From Sminthopsis crassicaudata (Eukaryota), in the NCBI RefSeq assembly GCF_048593235.1, contig NC_133620.1, positions 451,203,261 through 451,267,260 on the forward strand: DNA of 64,000 nucleotides. The letters run 5' to 3'. Below the pieces are notes generated by a model. That model saw only the letters and a program-made list of their open reading frames with translations, made no database searches and was not told the DNA's origin. Position 1 is the first letter of the stretch, and the number at the start of each line of letters is the position of its first letter. The position numbers were made by a program, and so were the translations under genes. This document shows, in pieces, positions 36,401-47,664 of this stretch.

Positions 36401-37476
36401 GATATGACACCAACCTTTCTGTCCTGTCTCCCTTTGGCTCCCAGTGAGGTCGGTGAAGGCAGTGATCATCACCATCTTCAACTTCATCGTCACTGTGGCA
36501 GCAGCTTTTGCCTGTACCTTCCTCGGAAGCCAGTACATCTTCTCCGAATTGACCGCGGTAAGTGGGCACCGGGCTGCAGGGGCCGTGTGGCAGGCTGAGG
36601 GCATGGGAGGAGGGTGACAGTCGAGCCTTCAGGTGAACAACACATAAACATGCACATAAAAAATTAGGGCGAGGGGCAATCCCGAGAGAAACTTGGCCTC
36701 CTGCTGCCGTTCTCGCATTTCCTGCTCAGACTCCGAAAGGTACCAAAAGCTGCTCTCTCGGGAGAGAGGAAAGTCTCCTTCACCCTGTGTAATGTTCTGG
36801 TTGGTTTTCTGCAGGTCTTGGGATCAACCTTCCTTTCAGCAGATTTAATCACCACAAGAATAGTCAGGTGTTAAAGTCCAAATTCTTTATCTCCTTTCCA
36901 GTCTGTTTCCTTGCCTGGGCCTGGGCCAGCTTTCTTGAGGTCCTCTGGAACGAGTCTTGGTTTCTGTGGGGGAGGCAGGAGGACCGCCTCCTGTGCTCCT
37001 GTCTTTGTCTTGAAGTCAGTCTCAGTCCCAAAGCCTGTGCTCCAGCCCCTAGTCTTCTGTCCCCTCCGAGTCTGTCTCTGGCTCAGACGGGCCTCGGTCT
37101 CGGTGGAGAAGTGGAGGAGGACAGGTCTGCCGCCACGGTGGTGGGAGATGAAGTGACTGTCTCTGGCTGAGTTTGTCCCAGCTTATGTGCTCTGTTATAA
37201 TTACATCGTCGTAGGGAGTAGGGGTCAGTCTTATAGAGCTATACTAAGTACTAAGAACGTGTACTGTACTAAGCACCATGCTAAACTAGATAACCATTGT
37301 CTTTATCAGTTCCACTGACTTAACACCTTGTTCCAAGTACAGAGTTCTGGCCCATAACAACCCCGTGTTTTCTCTCCCAGAGGGTGCTGGCTGCGGTGAT
37401 CGTGGCCTCCGTGGTGGGTCTGGCTGAGCTCTATATCATGGTCCGGGCCATGGAAGGGGAGTTTGGAGAGCTATAA
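32973..37476 (+). CDS. TMEM199: V-ATPase assembly factor TMEM199 (Vma12/Vph2 homolog), 208 aa, 6 exons
   Basis: join(32973..33183,33763..33836,34647..34736,36215..36257,36445..36557,37381..37476) = 627 nt. Translation [11 protein letters not shown]...[52 protein letters not shown]...[16 protein letters not shown]...[26 protein letters not shown] at 39014-39019. Confidence 0.96.
33824..34260 (+). repeat. 46-bp GC-rich minisatellite (9 full units plus a partial 10th) spanning the TMEM199 exon 2 / intron 2 boundary
   Basis: Unit GAGACCCCCCAGGGTATGTGACCGAGGGCAGTGGGGAGGGGGCAG(C/G). GTATGT occurs at 33837, 33883, 33929, 33975, 34021, 34067, 34113, 34159, 34205 and 34251. Confidence 0.97.
34975..35173 (+). 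mobile_element. 5'-truncated L1 3' end
   Basis: Marsupial L1 3'UTR terminus (...CTGCCATCTGGGGGAGGGG...AATAAAAACTATAAT) followed by an A tail. Confidence 0.75.
35424..35573 (+). mobile_element. CORE-SINE (WSINE1-like), younger G-tail subtype
   Basis: Full body with GAATTC, ending ACTCAGGGG plus an A-run. Confidence 0.88.
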
Positions 37477-37751
37477 CCCCTGAGAGCCACTCAGATCCCA
37501 GGCGGGTTCCAGGAGGCCCCGGGAGTGCTGCTCAGCCCAGCTTCAGGACCCCAGGTCTGCCTGCCAGTCCCCAGTGCAGGGCAGACCTCCTCCGCACATG
37601 GCCTTGTGGTAAGGTCCAGGGAAGAGGGCCGGGGCTGCTCTCATCCCCATATCGGACCCACGTCCCCACACGCAGGACTAAGATGGTATCCGCTCAGACT
37701 GAAGAAGAACACAGCCTCTGGCCAGGACCTTGCAGAAGAATTGGTTTTTCA

Positions 37752-37897
37752 GGGTAGTTTGATGGAGCAGTGGAGCAGTTCTGGCCTTAAGGGCAGGAGG
37801 ATCTGAGTTCATATCCAACCTCAGACACTTAAGACTTCCAGCTGTGTGACCCTGGGCAAGTCACGTAACCCCAATTGCCTCAGTAAAAAGAAAAAAG
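37752..37897 (+). mobile_element. CORE-SINE in the TMEM199 3'UTR, older subtype
   Basis: Diverged body ending CCCCAATTGCCTCAGT plus A-run. Flanked by AAGAATTGG(T/C)TTTT direct repeats. Confidence 0.8.
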
Positions 37898-39447
37898 AAT
37901 TGGCTTTTTATGACCTTAGTTTCTGCCTTTATATTGACCTTCAGATTTCTTCTGATCCTTCCTCTTATCCACTTCGTGTGTCTGTATCTGTTCCCCTGCC
38001 TTAGGTGTCTTTTAGGCCTCCTGCCTTCAAATCACTGTGTCTTCTGCTTCCGAGGATGGGGGAAGGGGAGGCAAAACCTGGTCTAGAACTCCCTGCTCTG
38101 GCTCCTCTTGTGTTCAGAGAAAATCGCTTCAGGGAATCTTCTCCACTCTGAAAAGAACACACAGCCACTTTTGCTTGGATGCTTGTTTTGAAAAATGTGA
38201 ATTTGTCCCACTAAGACGGACACATTCGGGAACAATTTGAGCCCAGATTTTGTTTGCTTAGGTTTCAGTTTACCTGACAGAAAACTGTGCCTCTTCAGGA
38301 TAGTTCAAAAGCATCCACCCTTCTACCACCTCCTTCCTCAGGCAAACTTCAGGTCTTTTTCAAGGTGAAGTGCCCTATATCTACGGTGCAAGGGGAGCTT
38401 TGGGCTGAGGAGGACTGCTCTCTCTCTCTACCTCTTCTCCCATCTTCCTCTCTGGGCAAGACCTACCCCTAGTCCAGGAGTTTCCATCCACTGAAACCCC
38501 AGAAGCAACTGGGCTCGGCCAGCCTGGGCCCCATGAGATCTGCAGGCGTCACTGCTATTTATGTAGTATTTATGTATTTCTTAACTATTTTTATTAGATT
38601 TCCTATCTCTGTGTGTGTGTGTGTCTGACTGGGAAGTTTTTGAGTGTTGTCCTTCATGCCATTTTTCCATAAACTCTGGTTTTTATTGCAAGATTTTTGC
38701 ATTGCATTGTGGTTCTTGGGCACATATGTCAAAGAGAACATCTTTTGTGTATGCTGTGTGTAATATAGCCTTTATGGTTGCTTAATGAATGAGAAATGAT
38801 GTGTGTGTGTAATGGACTTATGTGTGTATATACAAAGGGTATTCTTAAAGAATCGTTCTTACCCTATTACCTAAGAAGGCTCCCATCAATAAGAAGACAT
38901 TAACTGTTCTGCACTCAGAGTTGATCTCAACGAAGAAATTTCTGTCCTTAAATGCTGTCTTCAGCATTTTTTGTCATGTTGCGTTAAAGTTTATGTAATC
39001 TGTTAAAAGTTTAAATAAAAACTGTCCAAAGATGTTTGGATGCTTAGCTCATCTGGGCTCCCGTTCCCAGAGGATTGTTTTATCACTGAGCACCTGTAGT
39101 GTCCTGAGGTCATCTAGGGTACTGTGAGGGGAGTGATCCTCCAGTCTCCATTCCTGGTCCTCTTGACCTGACTTTGTCCCTGGGCTACCCAACTGCCGTA
39201 GCTTCTGCACCCTCACCTTCGTTTCTGAATTGTTTCCTCTAAACTGAACCACTGTCCCCGCCCTCCGCCACCTTCTGGGAAGGGAGAGGGGGTTCTGATT
39301 TTCACAGGGAAAGTGCTTCCCCCCCAGGAGAGAGGGCGGCCCCCAGCACTGGTGGGCCTGTGATCCACCATCCCCATCCAAGATCTCCAGGGGAAGGAGA
39401 TCAGAGGAAGGTATTTCCTTTGGCTTCAGTTGAAGGAAGCCAAGGCA

Positions 39448-39592
39448 GGGGCAGCTAGGTGGCGCAGTGGATAGAGCACCAGCCCTGGATTCAGGAGGAC
39501 CCAAGTTCAAATCTGGTCTCAGACACTTAACACGTTCTAGCTGTGTGACCCTGGGCAAGTCACTTAACCCCAGCCTCAGGGGGAAAAAAAAG
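39448..39592 (+). mobile_element. CORE-SINE (WSINE1-like), younger subtype, 13-bp TSD
   Basis: TSD GGAAGCCAAGGCA at 39435-39447 and 39593-39605. Confidence 0.92.
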
Positions 39593-40916
39593 GGAAGCCA
39601 AGGCAGCTTGTATGTGTCCCCCCTGTGGGGTGTCCTTAGGGTTCACAAGGACTACAGAAGGTAATAATGGGAAAAGACATCCCTGCTTTTCTTCAGACCC
39701 ACCCAGCAGAGCCCTGACCTCTCTGATTAAACATCCTCCCAAGTCCCTTCCAATATTAAGGGATCTGTGCTATAACCTGGCCCTATTAAGGGATTAAGCA
39801 GTAGAACAAGCTCCCAGGAGGCCCCATCCCCACCACCCCCCAGCCACTCATTTGCAAAACAGCTCCAGATTAAGGTAGAGGAGCTCAGTTTTATTTGGGA
39901 GATTAGTTGGTATTACAGTTGATGGATGGGCTGAAGCACACTGCCCTCCCTTTCCCATACCCCCTTGTACATAGGATCCTCTAGCTGGTGTCAGGTGGGC
40001 CTTGGAGCAGGGGTCAGAGCACTTGTGATTCAAATCCTGATAAGCTCAGCCCTGGATTTCTCTTTATTACTTTAATAATATTCCCTCTGCGGGGAAAAAT
40101 GATATTTTCTCCCTCTGGTCCCAGAAGTGCCAGGGTCTAGATTAATTTGTCCAGTGGGGGTGGGGGTCAGGATAGGGATGTAGGAAGGGGAGGTTAACCC
40201 TCTGTGAACTGGACCACAGCATGCATGGACCAGCTGCTGGCAGCAGCAGCCGGGAAGCGGAGAGATGGGGAGAGCATTCTAATTGCCCAGCTCTCTCTGC
40301 TTACATTTGGATTTTAATTAAGTAATGTCGGGGAGGGGGTGAGAGGGAAGTGGACATCTGCCTTCAGAGAGAGCAAATGTAACTGGATGGGGGTGGGGAG
40401 TCAGCCAGGGAGGGTTAGCCTGGCCTGGGCATGGAAGTGTCATCCCAAAGGACCCCTCCTCACCCAGTCCCTCCCAGAGGGATCTCTCACCAGCCGTTGT
40501 CCCGCTGCAGGAACAACGGGCATTCCATGTTTGTCGTATGTGGTGCTGGGGACTCCTTTGGTGCATGGATTGGGCTAGAGCTGCTGAGGCCCCGGGCGAT
40601 GGGAGGGTCAGTGTCACAGGTCTATGTTCCAAGGATGTTCCCCCCTTAAGGGATTAGCCCCCGCTCTACTCATACAGGCATCTTTAGGTGTCCCCCTGGC
40701 TCTCCATATATATTTAGTCCAGCTCTCCCTTCTGGACCTTGGAGGGGATGGGAAAAGGAGAAAAGAAACCCAAGGCAGACCTTACCCTCTCAGGTAACTC
40801 TTCTGTAGGGCAGGGGGTTGAGCAGGGATTGGCTACTGATGTGGACGGCTCCCACAGAGTCAAGGGGAAAAAAGTTCCTCCCGGGGAGAGAGAAAAGGAA
40901 AGGGCCCACGTCCCAG

Positions 40917-42310
40917 TTAGGCGTCATCCAAGTTGGTGACAATGGCCGCGTTATAGATGAGGTCGGAGAGGCTGCCCAGAGAGGTCTGGCTGGCAGCCCG
41001 TTCCCAGCGGCTGAGTGGCCCCGGAGGCTTGGGCATCCCACTAGGTGGGCCTACCCCGCCAGGGCCCAGTACCTTGACCCTCATGGCACCGTGACCTGGG
41101 GCCAGACCCGGTGTGGGACAGTTGGGGTCCCTGTCACGCGGAGAGGAGTGTCCCCAGCTCTCAGGGTCCTGGGGGCGCAGAGGATTATGGGCCGGAGGCA
41201 GAGTTCGCCGTGGCTCCTTGGTCCAGGAGCTCAGTCCTTCGGGCTTCCTGCTCTTGATTCTCCGAGCCCGGCGGTTCTGAAACCAAACCTGGGAATGAGG
41301 AAGGAGAATCAGTTCCAGCTTCTAAGTCCATTTCCAGAAAGAAAGGGGATAAGCCTCACAAAGCAGAGTCTGAGGGCCGAGTGGCTGGGACCCCGGAGTC
41401 CTGCTTCCCAGCCCTTGGAAGGAGGCGGGAGGAGGGCAGGCAGAAAGGGCAGGAGAGGCAGCTTCACCTGGATTTTGGCCTCGGGAAGACGCGTGAGCCG
41501 GGCCAGCCGCTCTCGGGTGCCGATGTCTGGGTAGGGCCGGGCAGCGAACACCCTCTCCAGCTCTAGCAGCTGCCCCCTGCTGAACGTAGTGCGTTTCCGA
41601 CGGCGGGTGCCGGGCACCGGAGCCCGCCCTGGAAAGAAAATAGCGTTAGGGTAAAAACTAGGGCTGCTCTACTCATTCATCTCCACACTGGCTCCCTCTC
41701 CTCCAGTTCCCTCTTCTCCCTTCCCCCTTCCCCTAATTTTTCTCTTAATCTTGAAACCCACCCCTAAATTCTCCCACTGTTTCCACTTTCTCTCCTATCG
41801 TTCCCCTCCATCCATCCAAACTCTCACTTCCTTTTTCAACACCGATCTCCCTTCACCTTTCCCCCTTTGAACTCCTCCTGATGTCCCACTCCCATTCCCA
41901 AGCCCCTCCTTCCCAATCTCCCTGCCACCCTCCCATGCAAATCTCCCCATCTTTCCCCTTCAAGCCCCAGTCTCCCGGTCCTTTCTATCCAACCTGTCAC
42001 TCTCCTCATTTACTCTTCAATCACTCAACTCCCTTTTCCTTTCCCAATTCTCCAAAATTTCCCATCATCCCTCCCAACTCTATATTCAGTCTTCTCTGGC
42101 TCCCTCCTTAATTTATCCACAAAAAGCTATTTTTCCTGCCTCCCCTCTTCCCTCCTACTCCCATCTTGTCCCCAAACATCCCAATCTCCCCCAACTTCCC
42201 TCCTCTCTCTGCTCCCCTTCAGCCCCACCTGCCTCTGAGGTATCCATTGGAGGCCGAGAGATTGTTTCTCCTGCTGGGGAGTCGAGCATTGAGTGGAGGA
42301 GTCTGGCCAT
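40917..42310 (-). CDS. SEBOX: SEBOX paired-class (Q50) homeobox protein, ~204 aa, 3 exons
   Basis: complement(join(40917..41288,41468..41628,42229..42310)). Homeodomain [46 protein letters not shown]|[12 protein letters not shown] and C-terminal SEBOX-like motif [23 protein letters not shown]. Position between TMEM199 and VTN fits. The start codon is less certain: in-frame ATGs at 42310 (good Kozak, first ATG after a CATAAAA box at ~42428-42434), 42289 and 42247. Confidence 0.9.
41690..42210. repeat. Pyrimidine-rich low-complexity tract filling SEBOX intron 1
   Basis: ~520 nt almost devoid of G on the + strand. Confidence 0.8.
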
Positions 42311-44294
42311 GACCGAGGGTCTGCCCTGAGCTTTTTGGGAGGTCTGACCCAGCAGAGATCCCAGAGGTTCCTCCTCCACTGTCTCTCAGCCCCGGACAAC
42401 TGAGCTAGGTCCTCCCCCAACCCTGGCTTTTATGCTGCTCAGCCGAGCCCTGCCCCGCCTCTGACAGTGCCTGGGATGCTCTGCAGCTCTGGCCCTTTCC
42501 TAAGGCAAAGCTCTCTGGTAGGTGGGAGACCCCAGGAGCCTGAGTCTGAAGGCTGGAGCGCAGAAGAGGCGAAGGGAACTGGGGGCTTAGGGGTGGCTGG
42601 AAGTGATGAAGGAGTTTAGAGGAAGGGGGACTCCCTCTCCCTCTTCTCCCTCGCACCCCAGCTTCTCCAAAACCTCTGCCTAATTGCTTCACCACCCCCT
42701 TCAGGAATCAGAGCTAGCAGTGATAGAGCTCTCAGAGATTTGCAAGCACTTTACAGATATTCTCCCATGAATCCTCACAACAACCCTATTAGGGAAGCGC
42801 TGATTTTATCCTCATCCTGCAGCCGGGGTCCCCAGAGTCACGCGGCTGAGGAAGTAATCGAGGCAGGCTAGAAACTCCTGCTTTCCAGCCCTCCAGTCAA
42901 AATATCAATATACACACTACCTCCTGCCTAATAGCTTCCACTTCTAAAGCACTTTGAAGTTCACAAAGCTGTGTGTAGGGGGAGGAGGGGACGGCGTCTC
43001 ATTTGATCTTTGCAATATCTCTGCTCAGTAAGTACCACTGGGACCCCCGTCTTACAGAGAAATGCTTATTGACTGACTGGCTGATAAAGAAACTCAGCCA
43101 CCCCATCAGCTTCAGCCTGGCTTGGCTCCCCATCACTCCCCTGAAGCTGCTCTTTCTCAGCCCCACAGGGAGCTTGATCACTGAGTCATCCTCCTTGAGC
43201 CCTTTTATCCCCCCTAAAAAGCTGCTGCTGCCATCTAAACTTCCCTTCATCACCCATGACAATACCATCCTCCCTGGCACTCAAAACCGTGCGGCCTCTC
43301 TGACTCCTTCCTCCCATCATCCATTTGAAGGGTGGTCAAATGGCCATCTATTTGAAGTCATGGCCACACAAATAGAAGCCAAAGGGGAGGCCTAAACCCA
43401 TTAAAGTCTGATTTAATGTCCAACGCGCCACCCTTATGTTGTTTTCCACTTTTTCCCTGGTTGATAGCACACAATAAGAGCTTAATAAGTGTTTGTTGAC
43501 TTGACTATAGCAAAGTTACTCATCAGTGTCCTTAGGGATATAGATTTATGACTGGAAAGGACCTTAGAGTGTATCTAATCCAACCACCTCATTTTACAGA
43601 GAAGGAAGCTGAAGTTAAAGAGAAGAAGCCCTAAATCACAATTAATAAGTAATGGAGACAGGATTTGAATTCAGCTCCTTTACCTACAAATCCAATGTTC
43701 TTTCCACTATGGCATATAGTCTCCACACTCTCCAGCTGCACAGCCCTCCCTCACTTACATTTAATTCACTGGCATGTCATGGTCCTCTTAGAGAACGAAG
43801 GAAAAACAACAAAAGAACCCTTGATTTGGAATCACCTCAATCCGAATCCCAGGTCAATATTCAAAGCTTACGCAACCTTGGCCACTCATCTTTCCTTTGA
43901 GGGAATTGGGCTTTGATTATCTCCAAGATCCTTTCCAATCCTAAATCTCTAATCTTGTCAATCTGCAGAAAAATCCCAAAGAGCATAAAATCCAAACTCT
44001 CTAATTTTCTCAATCCAGCCCCAAGCTACCTAATGAGCTCTCAAATTTAGACCTGAAACGGATCTTAGCAGTTGTCCAGGTTGAACTCCTTCATTTCAAA
44101 CCATGTTCAAACCAGCAAAGCCTTTGCCATTCTTCCTGATTCAGTCCAAATTCCTGCCTCCACACAGCCCTCCCTGAAGCCCCTTGGCCAGAGGGAGTGT
44201 GTGGAACTTTAGGTCAAGTGAAATAAGCTGCTTGGAAGAGTGGGTAACGCGTCGGACTTGGAATCGGGATCCCATGTTCAAATTCTATACATTA

Positions 44295-44460
44295 ACATAT
44301 ATTTTTAACATATTTAACATGTATTGGACTGCCATCTAGGGTGGGAGGAAGGAGGAGAAAAGTTGGAACAGAAGGTTTTTCGAGGATCAGTATTGAAAAA
44401 TTAGCCATACATATGTTTTGTAAATAAAAATAAACAAACAAACAAATATATAAATAAATA
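44295..44460 (+). mobile_element. Short L1 3' end nested in a MIR/CORE SINE
   Basis: L1 terminus with an (AAAC/AAAT) tail. TSD AATTCTA(T/C)ACATTA at 44281-44294 and 44461-44474. Confidence 0.8.
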
Positions 44461-45959
44461 AATTCTACACATTACTAATTGTGTGACCCTGGGTAAGTCA
44501 CTTGATCACACTCAACTTCAGTTTCTACAGCTATAAAATAAAGGCTGATCATTTGGGAGCACTGACTCTAGGTAGGTCTCCCTCAGCTCCCCACCCACGA
44601 TGGGCATCCCCCCTGACACCCCTTGAGGATGTCACCTCATAACTCCCAGAGTTGTTCTGAGGAATAGATGCATAAAGCACTTCATCAGCCTTAAATCACT
44701 ATGTAAATATCACTTAACATCAAGGGTTATTTTTAAAAAACAGGTTGGGTTTGATTTTTACCTTTTTTTGCTGTTGTTTTTGGTTGTTTATCTGAGTAGA
44801 TGAAGTGAAGAGGGTATTGAAGGCTCACATAAGCAAAGGTCAGAGTGGGGCACACGATGGTGGGGAAGAGTAATAAATTTGGTTTGGAGAGGTATCTTAC
44901 CTCCTTCTCAAAATGATAAACTTAGGAAATCTCTGAGAATGGCTTTCTTCGGAAGTTAGAGGAAAGACCCTATTGAGAAATGGACAATGTTATAAAAACA
45001 AAAGCTATCAATAATATTAATAATAATAATGTGTTAATTTAATAACAGTATAATAATAATGAAAGCAATTTAGTAAAGTAGCATGGTAGTAATAATAATA
45101 ATAATTTATCAATAGTAACAAAAGTTTGTGGTATTACATTAGCTTTCATATGATAGTTGCTAAGGAAATGTTTATTGATCAGAAAGAAGAGGTTTGACCA
45201 TAGCACTCTTTCTTGGGATAGAGCCTGGATCTAGATTTCACTGGTACAAAATAGTGATGTTAAATTGAAACACAAAGGGATCACTGCAGAGCACATATTA
45301 ACTTAGAAAACCACAAATTAACATTATCTATGTTGTGTTATAATTTTATTTTTGTTAAACATTTTCCCAACTAACTTTTTAATCTGGAAAAAAGGAAAGA
45401 TTAGAGATACTAAGTTTGGAGGGGCTGGGGTAAAGGGGACCAGGGATGAGAAGGGTAGGAGGATGCTCATACTCCGTAAGCTCATTAGATATCCAGGAAT
45501 GCTCTTCCTCTATTCACAGAACCACCCTGATAAGGATTCCAGGTCCATCGTGTCTTCTTGTTTCCATAGCTGCCACATCTCCTGACTGTGGACCTTGCTA
45601 GCCCTCATGGACACCAGCTGATGTCTTTTCCAACACAGATCCATCACCTTCCCAGAATTCATAGAATCTATCTAAAAGGAACTTCAAAGCACATCTTGTG
45701 CAACATGTAGCCAAAAAATAATTTCCCTCTTCAGTATTCTCAATAAGTGGTCATCCAGCCTCTATATGAAAATCTCTTGTCCATCTGGGGACAGCTGTCC
45801 TTGTTGGGGGCTTTTGCCTCTTACATCCCTTGTTTCTCTCTGGTTCCAAAAGGGAACAGTTCAGGATTCCTCTTGTACAACATGATGGCTAACATTTATA
45901 AAGCTCCTACTGTGTACTAGGCATTGTGCTAAGAGTTTTACAATTATATATTACATTTG

Positions 45960-46103
45960 ATTTTTTTTTTCCTGAGGCTAGGGTTAAGTGACATGCCCAG
46001 GGTCACACAGCTAGGAGGTGTTAAGTGTCTGAGATCACATTTGAACTTGGGTCCTCCTGAATTCAGGGCTGGTGCTCTCTCCACTGCACCATCTAGCTGC
46101 CCC
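45960..46103 (-). mobile_element. CORE-SINE (younger subtype) inserted in a MIR
   Basis: TSD TACATTTGAT at ~45952-45961 and 46104-46113. Flanks at 45890-46240 are MIR-like. Confidence 0.88.
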
Positions 46104-46995
46104 TACATTTGATTCTTACAGCATTATTATCCCCATTTTATAGATGAGGAAACTGAGGTATGATTGAAGTGACTTGCCCAGGATCCCACAGCTAGGAAAT
46201 GTCTGAGGCTGGATTTAAACTCAAGTTCTCCTGACTCCTACCTCACTACTCTCTCTTCTGCATTAACCATTTCAACATTCTGAATGTTTTAAAACAGTCT
46301 CCAAGTGGCCTCTAGAGTAAACAAATATCTCATTTCCTCCCATGCATGGTCTCAAGGCCCCCAGGGTCCGTGATGTAGTCACTCCCCTGATTGTTCTCCA
46401 ACATGATAAAATCTTTCTAAAACGGCAACGTTCTGAACAGCCTCTCTCCTGTCCTTCTCAGGATCACCCCCGGAATCCTTGACCACCAAGACAGAGGACA
46501 CCTCGGTATACAGAGTACAGAAGAAAAACAGTGGCTCTCCCTCCCTGCTTTGTTGAGATGGGAGATCATGGATATGGAACTGCACGGACTGTGCAGTCTG
46601 AGCTGTTGTTCCTCCTCCGCTGCCCTTCTCTTTCTTTTGTATTCTTTGCTACAAGGGAAAAAACTCTTTGGGGGAGGTCATAGAGATATGTGAAGATGAT
46701 TGTAAAAATAAGATAGCAAGAGCACGGCAATCCACATCGGTGATTCCTGCTACAATGTAGGTTGAAGCAAACAGATTGTTTGGACTTCTGAGTTCTGAGC
46801 TCCAGGGGGACTGAGCCCATCTGAGACCCCCAATCCATGTAGTATCGGTATAGTGAAGACACTAGGAGGAGGATTTTGACTAAGGAAGAGTTAACAGAAA
46901 CAGAACAGACCAAAAATCCCATACTGATCAAAGCCTGTAAGCCCCTGCACTTCCTCCCAAATATATACATATTGTGTATCTTAATATTAGAAATA

Positions 46996-47607
46996 AACTA
47001 AGATCATGGCAACTAGTCCATCCCTTCTGGAACACAAGAGAAAGAAATGGAAGCAGCGTCAGATTTTACATTCTCGGGCTCAAAGATCACTGCAGCCATG
47101 AAATTTAAAGATGTTTGCTCCTTGGAAGGAAAACAATAGCAAATCTGGACAGCAGACTAAAAAGCAGAAACATCACCTTGCTGACAAAGGTCTGTAGAGT
47201 CAAAGCTACGGTTTTTCAAGTAGTGTGTGATGGGGGGCTTGACTATAATCTGGGCACTGGAATTGACTCTTTCAAATTGTGAAGAAGACTTTTAAGAGTT
47301 CCTTGGACATCAAGGAGATTGAATCAGTTAATATTTAAAGAAGTTAATTCAGACTATTCACTATTCAGACTATTGAAGCTGAAGTTTAAATATTTTGGCT
47401 ACATAATGAGAAAGGGCCCTGATTCTGAGAAGGATCGAAAGCAAAAGGAGGAAGGAAGGGGAGAGGAAGAGATGGATAGTGTCATAGAAGCAACATGCGT
47501 GAACTTAGACAGACTTTGGGAGATAATGGAGAGAGAAGGGCCTGGTTATGGACCATGAGGTCATGAGATTGAGAAGAGTCAGACATGAGTGAACAACTTA
47601 ACAATAA
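46996..47607 (+). mobile_element. RTE/BovB-like LINE 3' fragment (degenerate RT C-terminus plus tail)
   Basis: ACTAAGATCATGGCA...GGGCTCAAAGATCACTGCAGCCATGAAATT...CTCCTTGGAAG...GTCAAAGCTACGGTTTTTC...GAGTCAGACATGAGTGAAC matches the BovB/RTE 3' ORF and terminus. Followed by a (TA)/(TG)n microsatellite to ~47662. Confidence 0.8.
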
Positions 47608-47626
47608 TGCACGCATACATATACAC

Positions 47627-47664
<38 letters not shown>

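Noticed and set aside
40818-41534. 238-aa + strand ORF
   Set aside because: It is the antisense shadow of the GC-rich SEBOX exons, has no recognisable domain and starts at a non-ATG codon.
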